Shown one piece after another: positions 12,208 through 24,303 of a stretch of 64,000 nucleotides of DNA. The position numbers and the translations under genes were made by a program. Every line of letters starts with the position of its first letter. Positions within the stretch are counted from its first letter, which is position 1. Source of the DNA: Eledone cirrhosa (Eukaryota); NCBI GenBank assembly GCA_964016885.1, contig OZ024740.1:277202001-277266000 (forward strand). Direction: 5' to 3'. The notes beneath the pieces were generated by a model, which was not told the origin of the DNA, did not search any database, and saw nothing but the letters and a program-made list of their open reading frames with translations.

Positions 12208-12612
12208 TTCAATGTCGTGGTGGTGGTGGTGGTGGTGGTGGTGGATATAGTTGTGGTGGTGATGGTGGTAGTGGTAGTGGTTGTGGTGGTGGTGATATTG
12301 GTGGTAGTAGTGGTGGTGGTAGTGGTAGTGGAAGTGGTGGTGGTGGTGATGGTGGTGGTGGTGGTGATGGTGGTGGTGATGGTGATGTTAATAGTGGTGG
12401 TGGTAGTGGTGGTGGTTATGGTTGTGGTGGTGATGGTGGTAGTGGTAGTGATGGCGGTATTGGTTGTGGTGGTAGTGGTAGGGGTGATAGTGGTGGTAGT
12501 GGTGGTGGTAGTGGTGGTGGTGGTTGTGGTGGTGGTGGTGGTGGTGGTAGTGGTGATGGTGGTGGCGGCGGTGGTGGTGGTGCTGATGGCTGTGGTGGTA
12601 GTTGTGGTTGTG
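12208..12612. repeat. Degenerate (GTG)n trinucleotide repeat
   Basis: Direct reading; explains the poly-V/T/H/P ORFs. Confidence 0.95.
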
Positions 12613-13178
12613 TCGTTTTGACACAGCTGATCGTGGGGAAGATTCGTATCATACCACTTCTTGTTGCTGCGGTCTATCAAAAGACGGTATGTACTCACCA
12701 TGTCTTTATAGCTGACAGTATAATTAAGACTCGTGATCATTGCAAAGATGATATGGAATTTGTTGAAGGAGAAAATTAGGATAATCCTTCATCACCTGCT
12801 TAAATAGAAACACCGTAATAAAGGCTTAAAATATTATTGTTATACTGAATTAAAATGACCAAAATTCAGCACACTATTTCCAGGTTTGTATATGATGGAC
12901 TGCATTATATAGTATGTATAATGATACGAAAGTAAAGATTAGTTTTTTCTTTAGACTATTAATGAAATAAAATGATATACAATATCTAAGTTTTGGACCC
13001 ATTGTCGGCTTGACTTCTTAGAAAGTTAAACTCTTGCTGGATCACTTGCTGTACTCTATATTGTGCTGTTGTGGACATTTATTTATTTTTTAGTAAGGCT
13101 AGAAAAATATTATTCCTTTTAATTAAATGAGATTTAGTGGCATTCATTTCTTTCCCATAATCATTATTACTGATGAAA

Positions 13179-13356
13179 GGGCGATGAATTGGCAGTATCG
13201 GTAGAGGGTCGGACGCCATGCTTTCCAGCATAGTTACGTCCCTTTACGATCTGAGTTCAAATCTTTGCCTTTCATCCTTGCGGGGTCGATAGAATAAAGT
13301 ACCAGTAATGCACTGGTTAATTGCTGGCCTTGCGCCAAACGTAGAAACAATTATTA
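13179..13356 (+). mobile_element. tRNA-derived SINE with Nin/Deu-like central domain
   Basis: A box tggcagtatcggtag, B box gagttcaaat, central gcctttcatccttgcggggtcgata..aagtaccag, (ATT) tail. Confidence 0.85.
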
Positions 13357-13543
13357 CTTGAGTAATTAAAATTATATATATATATATATATTAGAAAAGG
13401 GAAGTGAGGTTCTATACAAAACAGTGGGTATAGAGAAAAGATGAAGTTGGAAATAGCACGGGAGATATGTTTAAGGGTCTGTTTTTCTCTTTTGATTCGT
13501 CAAAGTGACATTATTGAAAATATAGTGTTATTAAAAAAGAGGG

Positions 13544-13727
13544 TGGTGGATTGGCTGTATCGGTAGAGGGTCGGACGCCCTGCTTTGACGCATAGAGTTA
13601 CGGCCATTCGCATTCTGAGTTCAAATCCCGCCGAGGTTAACTTTGCCTTTCATCCTTACGGGGTCGATAAAATAAAGTACCAGTAATACACTGGATAATT
13701 GCTGGCCTTGTGCCAAAAGTAGAAACA
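13544..13727 (+). mobile_element. Same SINE family with 17-bp target-site duplication (TSD)
   Basis: gttattaaaaaagaggg at 13527-13543 and 13728-13744. Confidence 0.9.
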
Positions 13728-14076
13728 GTTATTAAAAAAGAGGGACAATCTTTGGGAACCTTTTTTTATGAAGTATATAAAGTGTATGAAAAAGTTTCCG
13801 GTTTCGACGTATAAAAATCCATCTTGTCAAATTCAGTGAAAAAGGTTAATTGAAAAGGGAGTAAAAAAAGGGTTTAAAATTAAAATTAAAAACGAATGTT
13901 TGAGCAAAATTTTTTCTATCATGCCTTCTGAAAAGTTGGCTTGGAATGAGGTCAAGTTGTTTTGTTTAATCTAGTGGTCAATAGTTCAAAAGGGGGTAGG
14001 TGGTTGTAGACAGTTACTTCTGAGAAGCCCAGCTACAAGGTATTCACGAGGACTCTATCCCCATGACCCTCTCAGG

Positions 14077-14174
14077 AAGAAGAAGAAGAAGAAGAAGAAG
14101 AAGAAGAAGAAGAAGAAGAAGAAGAAGAAGAAGAAGAAGAAGAAGAAGAAGAAGAAGAAGAAGAAGAAGAAGAA
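14077..14174. repeat. (GAA)n microsatellite
   Basis: Perfect trinucleotide run. Confidence 0.97.
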
Positions 14175-15124
14175 AGTTTTAATGAGAGTTGATTATTACT
14201 CCCGATACCACTTTATATTAGTTGGCACATCCAATACTACCTTATATGGAAATGGCCCAAATCAAATCTTTGGAAGGGCGAAAGTCGTACAATGCAAAAC
14301 CGTTCTTATAGCCCACACATTAATTGGCAATGAAGGAGAATCAATTAGACAATATATCAGCTAACTTATATAATATTACAGAATTTTAAATGAGGTGGTT
14401 TCTCTCTGCTATCTTGACTGAGTTCTCCTGGATCTGTCCCTATAATAAACACATATACCCACATACAAAATGGATCATTTAGTAGGCAGTGAACTACTGG
14501 AAAGTAATGATAAGTTTGGCTGTGTTCCGACATTGTCCTTATATTGGGAGTCCAACTCACAGGTTTCTGTTTCAGTTCAATATCCGGAAAACACTACCAC
14601 CAGTAGTCTACCGGTTCTTATTCTTAGTTCTTTGGCAATGTCATTTCTGAACAGGGACATTTTGATTAACAGCGGCAATGGGATTAACTTACAAATTCAT
14701 TCGTTCTTAATTATGTACTTCGTTATACGTTATACGAAGAAAATTAACAAACAGTGAAATTATATAAACAGAAAAAAAAAAAAGAAAATTCGGATTAGTT
14801 TTTTGTGTTGCAGATTAATCGCATACTTTATTGCCTTTCGTATAAAAGATGAACATTGTGATTCTGATTTTATTTTAAATGGATTCTAGGATCAGCGAGT
14901 GTCCCCACCACCACATAGATAATCACTTACTATACAAGGTGTTGCATTAAATTACAGGATGCGATATCTGACAGTGAATAGTGAACTGTAGCATCATTTT
15001 GTGGATAATGCATTAGATATGCGGATCTCTTATCTTAACTATAATAAAGGGAGGAGCGCAGGACTGCATCCGGAATATATTTTTTATCCTGTTTGTAAAA
15101 TGTGTTGGATTACTTTGAATAAAT

Positions 15125-15312
15125 AATTGTTTCTACTTTTGGAACAAGGCCAGCAATTATCCCAGTGCATTACTGGTACTTTATTTTATCGACCCCGTAA
15201 GGATGAAAGGCAAAGTTAACCTCGGTGGGATTTGAACTCAGAATGGCAAGGGCCGTAACTCTCTGCGTCAAAGCATGGCGTCAGACCCTCTGCCGATACT
15301 GCCAATCCACCA
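15125..15312 (-). mobile_element. Same SINE family with 11-bp TSD
   Basis: Reverse complement of the consensus; tttgaataaat at 15114-15124 and 15313-15323. Confidence 0.9.
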
Positions 15313-17068
15313 TTTGAATAAATGATGAATGAATATTACATAATGTATGTACTAAATTTCGTAACTCTTGATTAAATATAAATAATGTTATTGCTTATTT
15401 CAAGATTTACTTCTTTTAAAATTTTCAAATGTCAATATTTCCGCTTAAGATATAATGGACGCTATATAATATCGCTTATATAAATGCTCATATATGTGCA
15501 TCGTTATCCTAAACGAACGGTAGTCCGTTTAGTAATATTGTTGTGGTCGTGTTTTCGTTGGCAATCGTCTGTTTACGATAGTACAGCGCGGCTCTACTTT
15601 ATTTAACTGAGATAAAACTTATATGAGCATGAACAGTAGATCATTACACATCTTTTGGCTTAAACATCTATAAATTTGGTGCAGCGGGAAAAAGTTTATA
15701 ATCAAAGTTTGCTGATAAATCTTGTGTTCAAGTGAGTGATATAACGTTTATATTAGGTCGCTAATTTTTTCCTTTTTAGTTTTCATGAAATTTTGCCGTA
15801 ATGCAGTTTATATATAATATCATCTTTTTTAAATGTATCATGGATTACTTTACTGATTGCAGAAGAGAGTGTAACACAGCCTCTCTTCAATTTCTGTGTA
15901 TATTCTCAATTACTATTTTATTTGACGGATCATATCTACATGCATATATATTTGCGTATAATATAAATATGCACACTACACATGCTAGCAGAAAACCACC
16001 AGAAGGGTGGTTTTTCTGCTAGTTATTATAATTAGGATAGAACGACGGTAGATTAATATACTCAATCGAGCGTCGATGAAAATAATACGTAATGTTTAAT
16101 TTACGTGCTTTTGTACTTTTAGATAAAATTTTGCTGGTATCGACATTGCGTTAAAATTTTTTTTTTTTGGGGGGGGGGGGCTTTTTTTTATTGATTTATT
16201 TCCATGTTATAGATGTAATCGATACGGGTCCCATCGGTGTGTTTCGTTGCTCTTCTATCAAGAAAATTGGCGCTTATGATCACATGATCACGTATATATT
16301 TCATTATACATTTCTGTGAATTCTGAATTAATAAAATATATTGTACGCAATAAACCACGACTTTATTATAGGTTCCCAGACAACAGTGACAACCAAACAA
16401 TAGCAGCATAAACATTCAGACATATATGAGAAATTGTGGGCAAGTTGATGAACTGGATATTATAACGTTGTTATACTTTTAACAACAGGGTTATAACATT
16501 GCAAAGTCATCGTTCTTTTATCATTCTACATTGAAAGAAAAAAAATCTAAACCATGAACACGACAATCATCAATCTTCTTTTATCATGGAAAATTTTGAA
16601 TCGAATGAAAAATGGTTTCTTGTTACAGGTTTGTGTGTTTGAGATTGATTAACGGTCGAATAGTTGAGGTTTTTGCAAACGATTAGCTTCATCTTCGATG
16701 TGTCTGTTTTATATCTGCATACATTATATTTCAATCGTCTTTCACTGACCTCCTTATTTACACACAAATGCACTCACAAAAAATATGTGTATACATACTG
16801 AAACACACACACGTAGATATGTTTATGTATTTGTAAATGTATGTGAGGTGTGTGAGCGATTTATTGTTTTAACACATACGATTAGACTCATATCATAATT
16901 TTCACATCATTAAACAAACACTATTTTTATTTATTTATTCTTCCCTTATACTACCATTGTTTGAATCGAAGCATTGAATGGATCTAATGTAATCAATGAT
17001 CAAATAAAAATATCAAAATATCAGAATTCAACAAATCATCCTAATAATTTGTATTGAGTCCATTAATA

Positions 17069-17266
17069 CGAGGTTCAACTGAGGAGTTCATAGGGTGACT
17101 ATAAAGAAATGTTGCTAGAGCTGTGAAATCGTGGTTACATTAATTTCTACTATCCCTATTAATAACTGCATTGGTTCTTTCCAGGAAATATATTGAAAAA
17201 TAAAACTCATTTAGTCATTCCATGAGAGTATCCTGGTCAGCCTATGAATGTTTCATACCACCCTCG
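17069..17266. mobile_element. Tc1/mariner-type MITE
   Basis: TA|CGAGG...CCTCG|TA, subterminal inverted repeat ttcataggg/ctgac..gtcagcctatgaa; second copy at 44609-44806. Confidence 0.75.
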
Positions 17267-17313
17267 TACATTTGCAAATGAAACTATAAACATACATATA
17301 TACATTTATAGAA

Positions 17314-17503
17314 GGGTGAAGGATTGGCAGATTGGTAGAGGATAAAATCCCATCACGGTTTGATCTGGCTCTCGCCAAAATCAATTTTCCATTCATCGTT
17401 CTGAGGCTGATAATATGAAGTGCCAGACAAGTATTGTGGCTGATTTAATGATCTAACCCTTCTCCTAAAATGTGCTTGCCTCTCGCCTAAATTAGAAATC
17501 AAT
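17314..17503 (+). mobile_element. Old diverged SINE of the same superfamily
   Basis: ggattggcagattggtagag head, cattcatcgttctgaggctgataa central domain, gcctaaattagaaa tail. Confidence 0.55.
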
Positions 17504-17526
17504 ATATATCTATATATATTGTATAT

Positions 17527-17717
17527 ATAGGAAAAAGTATGACCCCGACGGCAGAGCTCAAGCCATTTCGACGGCTATTTCTGGACTATTTCAGAAATAG
17601 GTGTCGAACCGGCTTGAGCTCTGCCGTCGGGGTCATACTTTTTCCTATTTCCCACACTACTACCCTAAGTATTGAGTACTCTAGTGCGTTATGGTCCATC
17701 TGGTTCCTTACCACAAT
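17527..17717 (+). mobile_element. Fold-back micro-element (family P2) with atypical hammerhead-like core
   Basis: Imperfect palindrome 17527-17648 with GAA.C ggc-ttgagctct-gcc GTC gggg plus a 3' extension; copies at 38173-38360 (+) and 57513-57695 (-). Confidence 0.7.
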
Positions 17718-17728
17718 TTATTTGGTAT

Positions 17729-17774
<46 letters not shown>

Positions 17775-17793
17775 CGTATGCACACATACACAG

Positions 17794-17859
<66 letters not shown>

Positions 17860-17861
<2 letters not shown>

Positions 17862-18058
17862 GTTATTTCGGGTTGAATCGGAGGTAACCACAGTAAGTAA
17901 GGTACTCAATACATAGCAGAGTATAACAGTTTTAATATAGATGAGATTCTACAGGACTAGAACTGTTTCATTCATTAGAAATCATCAGGAATCTCAGATT
18001 CCTGATGATTTCTAATGAATGAAACAGTTCTAGTCCTGTAGAATCTCATCTATATTAA

Positions 18059-18062
<4 letters not shown>
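17860..18062 (-). mobile_element. Fold-back micro-element containing a 135-bp perfect palindrome
   Basis: Arms 17928-17994 and 17996-18062 are exact reverse complements; unique extension 17860-17927; flanked by (TA)n. Confidence 0.8.
17996..18046 (+). ncRNA. Type I hammerhead ribozyme (mirrored on - at 17944-17994)
   Basis: agattc CTGATGA tttc-taat-gaat GAAA cag-ttctagtc-ctg TA gaatct; GUA cleavage triplet. Confidence 0.78.
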
Positions 18063-18123
<61 letters not shown>

Positions 18124-18234
18124 CGCGTGCGCATATGAACGTATGTGTGTGTATGTATATATATATATGTGTGTGTACGTATGCATACTTGCTTTTATGT
18201 ATCAGCTGCGCTAGGGCAAAAAATAAAATTCTAA

Positions 18235-18344
<110 letters not shown>

Positions 18345-18386
18345 ATATTAAATAAATGGAAACTATATTTATAAAACCATATTTAT

Positions 18387-18442
18387 TCTATTATATATAT
18401 TTCAGGGGTACCAAAAACTTTGGTACGCTTTCATCAGATAAA
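18387..18442 (-). ncRNA. Type I hammerhead ribozyme (PLE type)
   Basis: Minus: tttat CTGATGA aagc-gtaccaaa-gtt-tttggtac-ccct GAAA tatata TA ataga. Confidence 0.78.
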
Positions 18443-18579
18443 ATAAAATGAGTGTTTTATAAATTATAAATTTTGACATAGCCAAGGAAACCATACCTTA
18501 GTTGAATTTTCCTTCAACATTTATATTTGTTGAATTTCCAACAAATTAAATATCCCTTCTACTTATATATATATATAAG

Positions 18580-19332
18580 TAGAAGGGATAAATAGAAGAG
18601 ATCCTGGACGTCGAAGAAGATCAGCTGTTTGCTCTCTTCCGGAGAACTTTCAGCCCAGGGCCTATGGATAACTTCCAGAAATCCCTGGCCTGGCAGTGCT
18701 ACCGGGGAGCTTTGCCGGTTCGAGATAAGCTCTACAAGCACAGATGTGCCGTCAGCCGAGCCTGTCCGAGATGCGCGCAGAGCAACGAAACCGTCGTTCA
18801 TGCACTCGTTCAGTGCCCGAGCATTGCGGACTTGTGGAACTATGTCGAACAGTTGCTGTAGCGTGTAGAACCGATCCGGTTATCGACTGAGTCCATTGTG
18901 CAGAGGGTCTCGCCATCTTCCTTCGAGGAGGAAAAGCAGGCGGTTTTCATCTGCCTGGTGGCCATGGCTAAAGAGATTATGTAGTGGACAAGGTTGAAAG
19001 GGTTAAAGACAGACACTTTCCTCTTCGGCGTATCCTTAATTAACTTTTTCAAGTTTCACTTGAAGAGGAAAATCAGGGTGGAGAGGCAAGTGCTGCCTTC
19101 TAGCAAGTTTGTTGAAAGCCTCGGAGGTTTCCCCTCTATTGGGGAATTTTTCATTGTTTTAATTTCCATTTTTATTGTTTATATATATGTTTCTATGACT
19201 TTTTTTCTTTTCTTATATAAATAATACTTTCTTTATTTACACGCACAAAAGCCACATCGTACCGTCCTGTACCGTCCTGTGCCGTCTGTAATATTTTTCT
19301 TGATGTCAGCCCTTGTGGCCAATAAAGAAATC
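18580..19332 (+). pseudogene. Tx1-like LINE 3' fragment
   Basis: MDNFQKSLAWQCYRGALPVRDKL..CPRC..H...C as in the 53004 ORF; ends gcccttgtggccaataaagaaatc(ATT)n. Confidence 0.88.
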
Positions 19333-19347
19333 ATTATTATTATTATT

Positions 19348-21751
19348 GTTCTTTGAGTCTCAGTCATTGATGTTAGTTAACTGGAATGTTTGTTGAAATG
19401 AATATCAAGCCACTACCTGCAGCCTCAGATATTCAGGACGTATCGGAGGGTTCTTGCTGTTCCCAGCAAGCATGCCTTTTGAAGCGTTCCAAAAAGCGTG
19501 GCGGGGCCAATTTTCTTTAACCCTCCCTGAAAACTTTTTGTGATAGTACCTAGTGCGCCTATGACAATCGGGACCACTTTGACTTCATGGCAGTTCCAAA
19601 TCCTTTTTACCTCCCACTTTAAGTGCTGGTATCGGTTAATTTTCTCCCTCTCCTTCTCTTGCACTCTTGTGTCAAATGGGCAGGCCACATCCACAATCAG
19701 GCACAATCTTTTTTCCTTGTTCAAAACCACCAGGTCAGGTCTATTGTGTTCCAGTTTCTTGTCCGTCGGTATCCTAAAATCCCACAACACCTTAACCTGA
19801 TCGTTTTCTATCACCGACTCTGGCTTATGCTCATACCACTTCTCAGAATGTGGTAAATTGTTTACTTTGCATAGGTGCCAGTAGAACACCTTGCCCATCA
19901 CATCATGTCTCCAGCCTTTATAGTGAGTCTGGGCTAGGTGTTTACACTCGGATACGATGTGAGCCACAGTCTCCTCTCTCTCTCCACAGATCCTGCACAG
20001 TGGGCTAGCCTCCTCCTTGTAAATATGGTTTTTCAACCACTTCGTTTTGAGGGCCTGCTCTTGCGCAGCCATTGGCATTCCTTCTGTAGCCTTTTTAAGG
20101 TCTCCTCTTTTCAACCAGTTCCATGTCTGTGGATCTCTGAATTCATTTTTCTCAAAGAAGGTACTATGAATGTATTTTTTCATGAAGGCTGCTCTTTCTC
20201 CTTGTTGTTATTTCCTCCTTGGACATCCCCTGGTCTTTTGTCCTCTCCATCAGTACAATTCTCAGCATTGGCTCCTTACTATCAGTCACGTATTTGTGTA
20301 GGTTGTTTTTCTCCATCTGAACACAGTCCTCTATGCTGATAAGACCTCTTCCACCTTCAGATCTCCTTAAGTAGAGTCTATCGACATCACTCCTCTTGTG
20401 GAACATGTTGTAGATAGTCAATAGCTTCCTAGTCTTCCTATCCATTTCTTTTTGTTCAGCAACATTCCATCTCAGATTCCCGCACTGTACCTAATAATAG
20501 ACACAGCTCGGGAATTTACTGCACTTATGGCATTCCTACTGTTCAGATGTGACTTTAATACGCTCCTTACTCTCCGAATGTATTCAGATCTTATCAATTC
20601 ATTCATTTTTTTTTGTTCTTGATGTCATCAGCCTCCAGAACACCCAAATACTGTATCCATCTACAGTGTCAATTTCATTTATCATCTCACCTGTCGGTAC
20701 CTGGATTCCGTTGCTTCTGCTCAATTTACCCCTCTTCATCACAAGGACTCCACACTTACTAATACCAAATTGCATACATATATCATTGCTGAAAATACGG
20801 ACAGCGTCAACAAGCACATCCAACTCCTTCTCACTCTTCCCGAAGAGCTTAAGATCGTCCATGAAGAGGAGGTGATTGATGGTAAGCTCTCCCTTTCCCA
20901 ACTTGTATCCTGCTCTCACTTTTCGCAGTGTAATGGTCAGGGGCATCAGAGCAAGGACAAACGACAGAGGGGACAGACTATCTCCCTGGAAGATACCTCT
21001 CTTGATCTTCACGCCTCCCAAGGATTCTCCAGCTGATGTTAACTCTGTTTTCCAGTACTTCATATTTTGCCCAACAACTGTCTGATGTTATCTGCCACCT
21101 TGAAGATATCTAAGCTTTTGGTTATCCAAGAATGAGGCACCATGTCAAATGCCCTTTTGTAGTCTATCCATCCCATGGCAAGACCAGTGTGTCTCCTCTT
21201 GCAATTCCTCATTACCATCTTATTAATAAGTAACTGGTCCTTTGTACCACGGGACTTCTTTCCTTATCCTTTCTGTTCGTCCGGTAACAAGTTGTTTGTG
21301 TGGAGGTGAGGGCAGACATAATGCTTGTCAACAGTTTCCACACTACGGACAGACATGTGATAGGTCTATAGTTGGTAACATCATTACCCTTGATTCGGTC
21401 TTTCTTTACCAGAACTGTGGTACCTTTTGTCAACCACTCTGGTACCTCACCTGACATCAAGCAGTCATTGAACATGGTTATCAGTTTCGGGTGGAGGGAT
21501 GTTATATTTTTAATCCAATACCCCTGCACACCATCTGGGCCTGGTGATTTCCAGTTGGTTAGTTTTTTGGTCTGCCCCTTAAGAGTTTCAACTGTGATAC
21601 TCAAATCAGTTTGTTGGTGTGCCTGTTCACTAATCTCCTTGTATACTGTCTCAATCCACACTGCCTGGTCATTATGTTTAACATCCTGCTCCCATATTCC
21701 TCTCCAGAATGTCTTAGTTTGTTCCGCCTCAGGGATCAAGTCGTTGCCTCT
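19348..21751 (-). pseudogene. 5'-truncated R4/Dong-like RLE LINE (family C) in (TAA)n
   Basis: KSPGPDG, NYRPITC, IFQGDSLSP, HLLFMDD, CRIC..H..C, RHD, RPDLVV..IVDVACP; frameshifts. Confidence 0.9.
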
Positions 21752-21765
21752 TTATTATTATTATT

Positions 21766-22199
21766 CGCCCAATCCCTCATCAACTTCCTCAAGTTTCACC
21801 TGGAAAGGAAGGTGAGGGTGGAGAGAGAAGTGCTCCCCCCCCCCAGTACATTTGCTAAAAGGTGGGTGAATGTGGCGAGAATGGCTCGTGTGAATGGGCC
21901 TACTCTGACCATGCGCCTATAGGCTAGCTAACTTGAAGAGAGGGGTGCTCTCGCTGGGTGCCCTAGAAGCGCAGGGTGGTTGAGGATTGGTGGGGTACCC
22001 GAATCACCTCAGGGTCGTCCACCCCCTATCGGGGAAATTATTTTGTTATATTTATGCATAGTTTATTTTATATTTTTATATTTTCATTGTTAAATTAGTC
22101 TTGCCATTGTGCACTTTTACTCGACCTTATAGTAAACCCCCACTGTCCCTGTCTTTGTATTGTCCCCTACATGTCGGCCCTTGTGGCTAATAAATGAAA

Positions 22200-22201
<2 letters not shown>
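21766..22201 (+). mobile_element. Tx1-like 3' fragment (same family as 50854-56676)
   Basis: QSLINFLKFHLERKVRVERE...MRL*, 3'UTR, (ATT)n on both sides. Confidence 0.88.
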
Positions 22202-22237
<36 letters not shown>

Positions 22238-22257
22238 ATTATTATTATTATTATTAT

Positions 22258-24240
22258 TTTCATTTATCTTGCTTTATGTTCATACGAGTTATCACCAAGT
22301 CACAACCAGTGACCTCAAGAGACAACAAGGTCCGCCATGTTCAAGAAAGAACATACATATTCACACATGCATCCTTAGTGTTTAAACTTGTGATGTACTT
22401 ATATTGACAGGATCTTCCTTAGTATATGGTCAGTTCCCATTAGTACTATCTTTTGTATTTCTCCTATACGCGGGTTTCCTGGGATTTGCGATAAGTAGTC
22501 GTTAGACCCCTTAGGTATCATTCCCAGAGCGCCTACAACCACTGGTATTGTTTTAGTTCTCAATTTCCACATTTTTCCAATTTCTATCTCCAGGTCCTTA
22601 TACTTGCTCAATTTTTCAAATGTTTTTATAGATACATTCTTGTCTATTGGAACAGACATATCAATTAGCAGGCATACCCTCCTTTGAAAGTCCTTCAATA
22701 TTATATTAGGTCTATTTGCATCTATTTTTCGGTCTGTTTGGATGCTAAAGTTCCACAAGATTGAGATGTGATCTTTTTCAAGTATGGGAAGTGGTTGATG
22801 CTTCCACCAATTCTTTTGATGGGGCAGGTCAAAATGCTCACACATTATCCAATGTATGTATTGTGCAGCTCTGTCATGCCTGTTTAGATATTCGGTTGGA
22901 GCTATAGGACTGCACATTGAAATTATATGGTCAATGGTCTCTGGTTGTTTTTTGCATACACGGCATAATGGGCTGCACCCATTTTTTATTATGTTGGCTT
23001 GGTAATTTTTTGTTGGCAGACACTGATCTTTTGCCGATATAATCAGTCCTTCAGTCTCCGATTTCAGTCCAGAGGATGCCAACCACTGATGGGTTCAAGT
23101 TTTGTCAACATCAGGATTGTTAGCTCGCTCTGGGTATTTTCCATACAGAGGCTTTTCTTGCCATTTCTTAGCCAGTTTATGTAGCAGTTCTTTCTTTGCA
23201 GTTACTTTTACCTGCTTTGCTTTTTCTGTGTTTTCCATTTCAGCAGTAAATGGGACTTCTGAAATTTGTAGTCCATTACTGTATCTTTGTGCATCTTTTG
23301 TAATGGAAAACGATCTGTTGGTGCTTTCGTGTTTCAAAACGAGTTTGATCATCCAATCATGTGATTCCCTTAGATATGTGGATAATCCAATTGTTGCAGT
23401 TTTCAACGCAATGTCTAACTGGATTAACCCACGTCCTCCTTCTTTCCTAGGGAGATATATTCTATCTATGTCTGACTTAGGGTGATGCATTCTGTGCATG
23501 GTTAAGAATTTTCGGATTTTTGTATCGAGCCTACGGATCTCTGTGCCTGACCAGTTGATGACATTGTAACTGTAGGTTACTACTGGTATGGCAAGCGTGT
23601 TTATGGCATCGATCCTATTCCTTGCATTCAATTCCGTTCTTAAGATTGCTCTTACTCTGCGGTAACATTCCTTCCTTATCCTTTCCCTCATTGTCGAGTG
23701 CTTGATTCCGTCTCCTTCACAAACACCTAGATATTTGTAAGTTTTTTCTTGATCAAGCTCTCTTATCACGTTCCCCCCCGATCAAGATTAATGTCTGAAC
23801 TCTTCAGCAGCTTTCCTCTGGTGAACGTTGCTTTGGCGCATTTATCCAGTCCAAACTCCATTTTAATGTCATCACTGAACTGCTCCACAGTGGATAATAG
23901 CCCTTGCAATTGTTCATCATTTTTTGCAAATAGTTTCAGGTCATCCATGAAGAACAAGTGATTAATGGTTTTGTCATAGACTCTATATCCACGTTTTGTT
24001 TCATTGAACATTTTACTTAATGGTATAAGTGCGATGCAGAATAAAAGCGGTGATAAAGAGTCACCCTGAAAAATTCCGCAATTAATATTAACTTCTCCAG
24101 CTTCCAGTGATTTTGTTTCACTATCAAAAGAGTGTCGTTTTCCATGTCTTCATACTGAATGACAAAAACCTCCTGACAACGGGGGATATTTTGAAAATCT
24201 CTAAACATTTTTCAATGCAACTGTGTGGCAAACTATCGAA
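22258..24240 (-). pseudogene. 5'-truncated R4/Dong-like RLE LINE (family D) in (TAA)n
   Basis: HLFFMDD, YKYLG, GGRGL, CRVC..H..C, RHD, RPNII..LIDMSVP; long (TAA)n at both ends. Confidence 0.9.
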
Positions 24241-24245
24241 TAATA

Positions 24246-24303
<58 letters not shown>

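Noticed and set aside
9695-12740. Many YI/HT/V/T/P-repeat ORFs (also at 17.5-18.4, 35.4, 47-49 and 56.4-57.9 kb)
   Set aside because: Translations of microsatellites
13169-13180. CTGATGA next to a SINE head
   Set aside because: No stem II, GAAA or stem III in the right arrangement
12699-14691. Minus-strand exon-like segments with AG/GTGAGT borders (12699-12795, 14561-14646; similarly ~37755-37882)
   Set aside because: Stops in all frames and no recognisable protein; non-coding exons cannot be supported without transcripts
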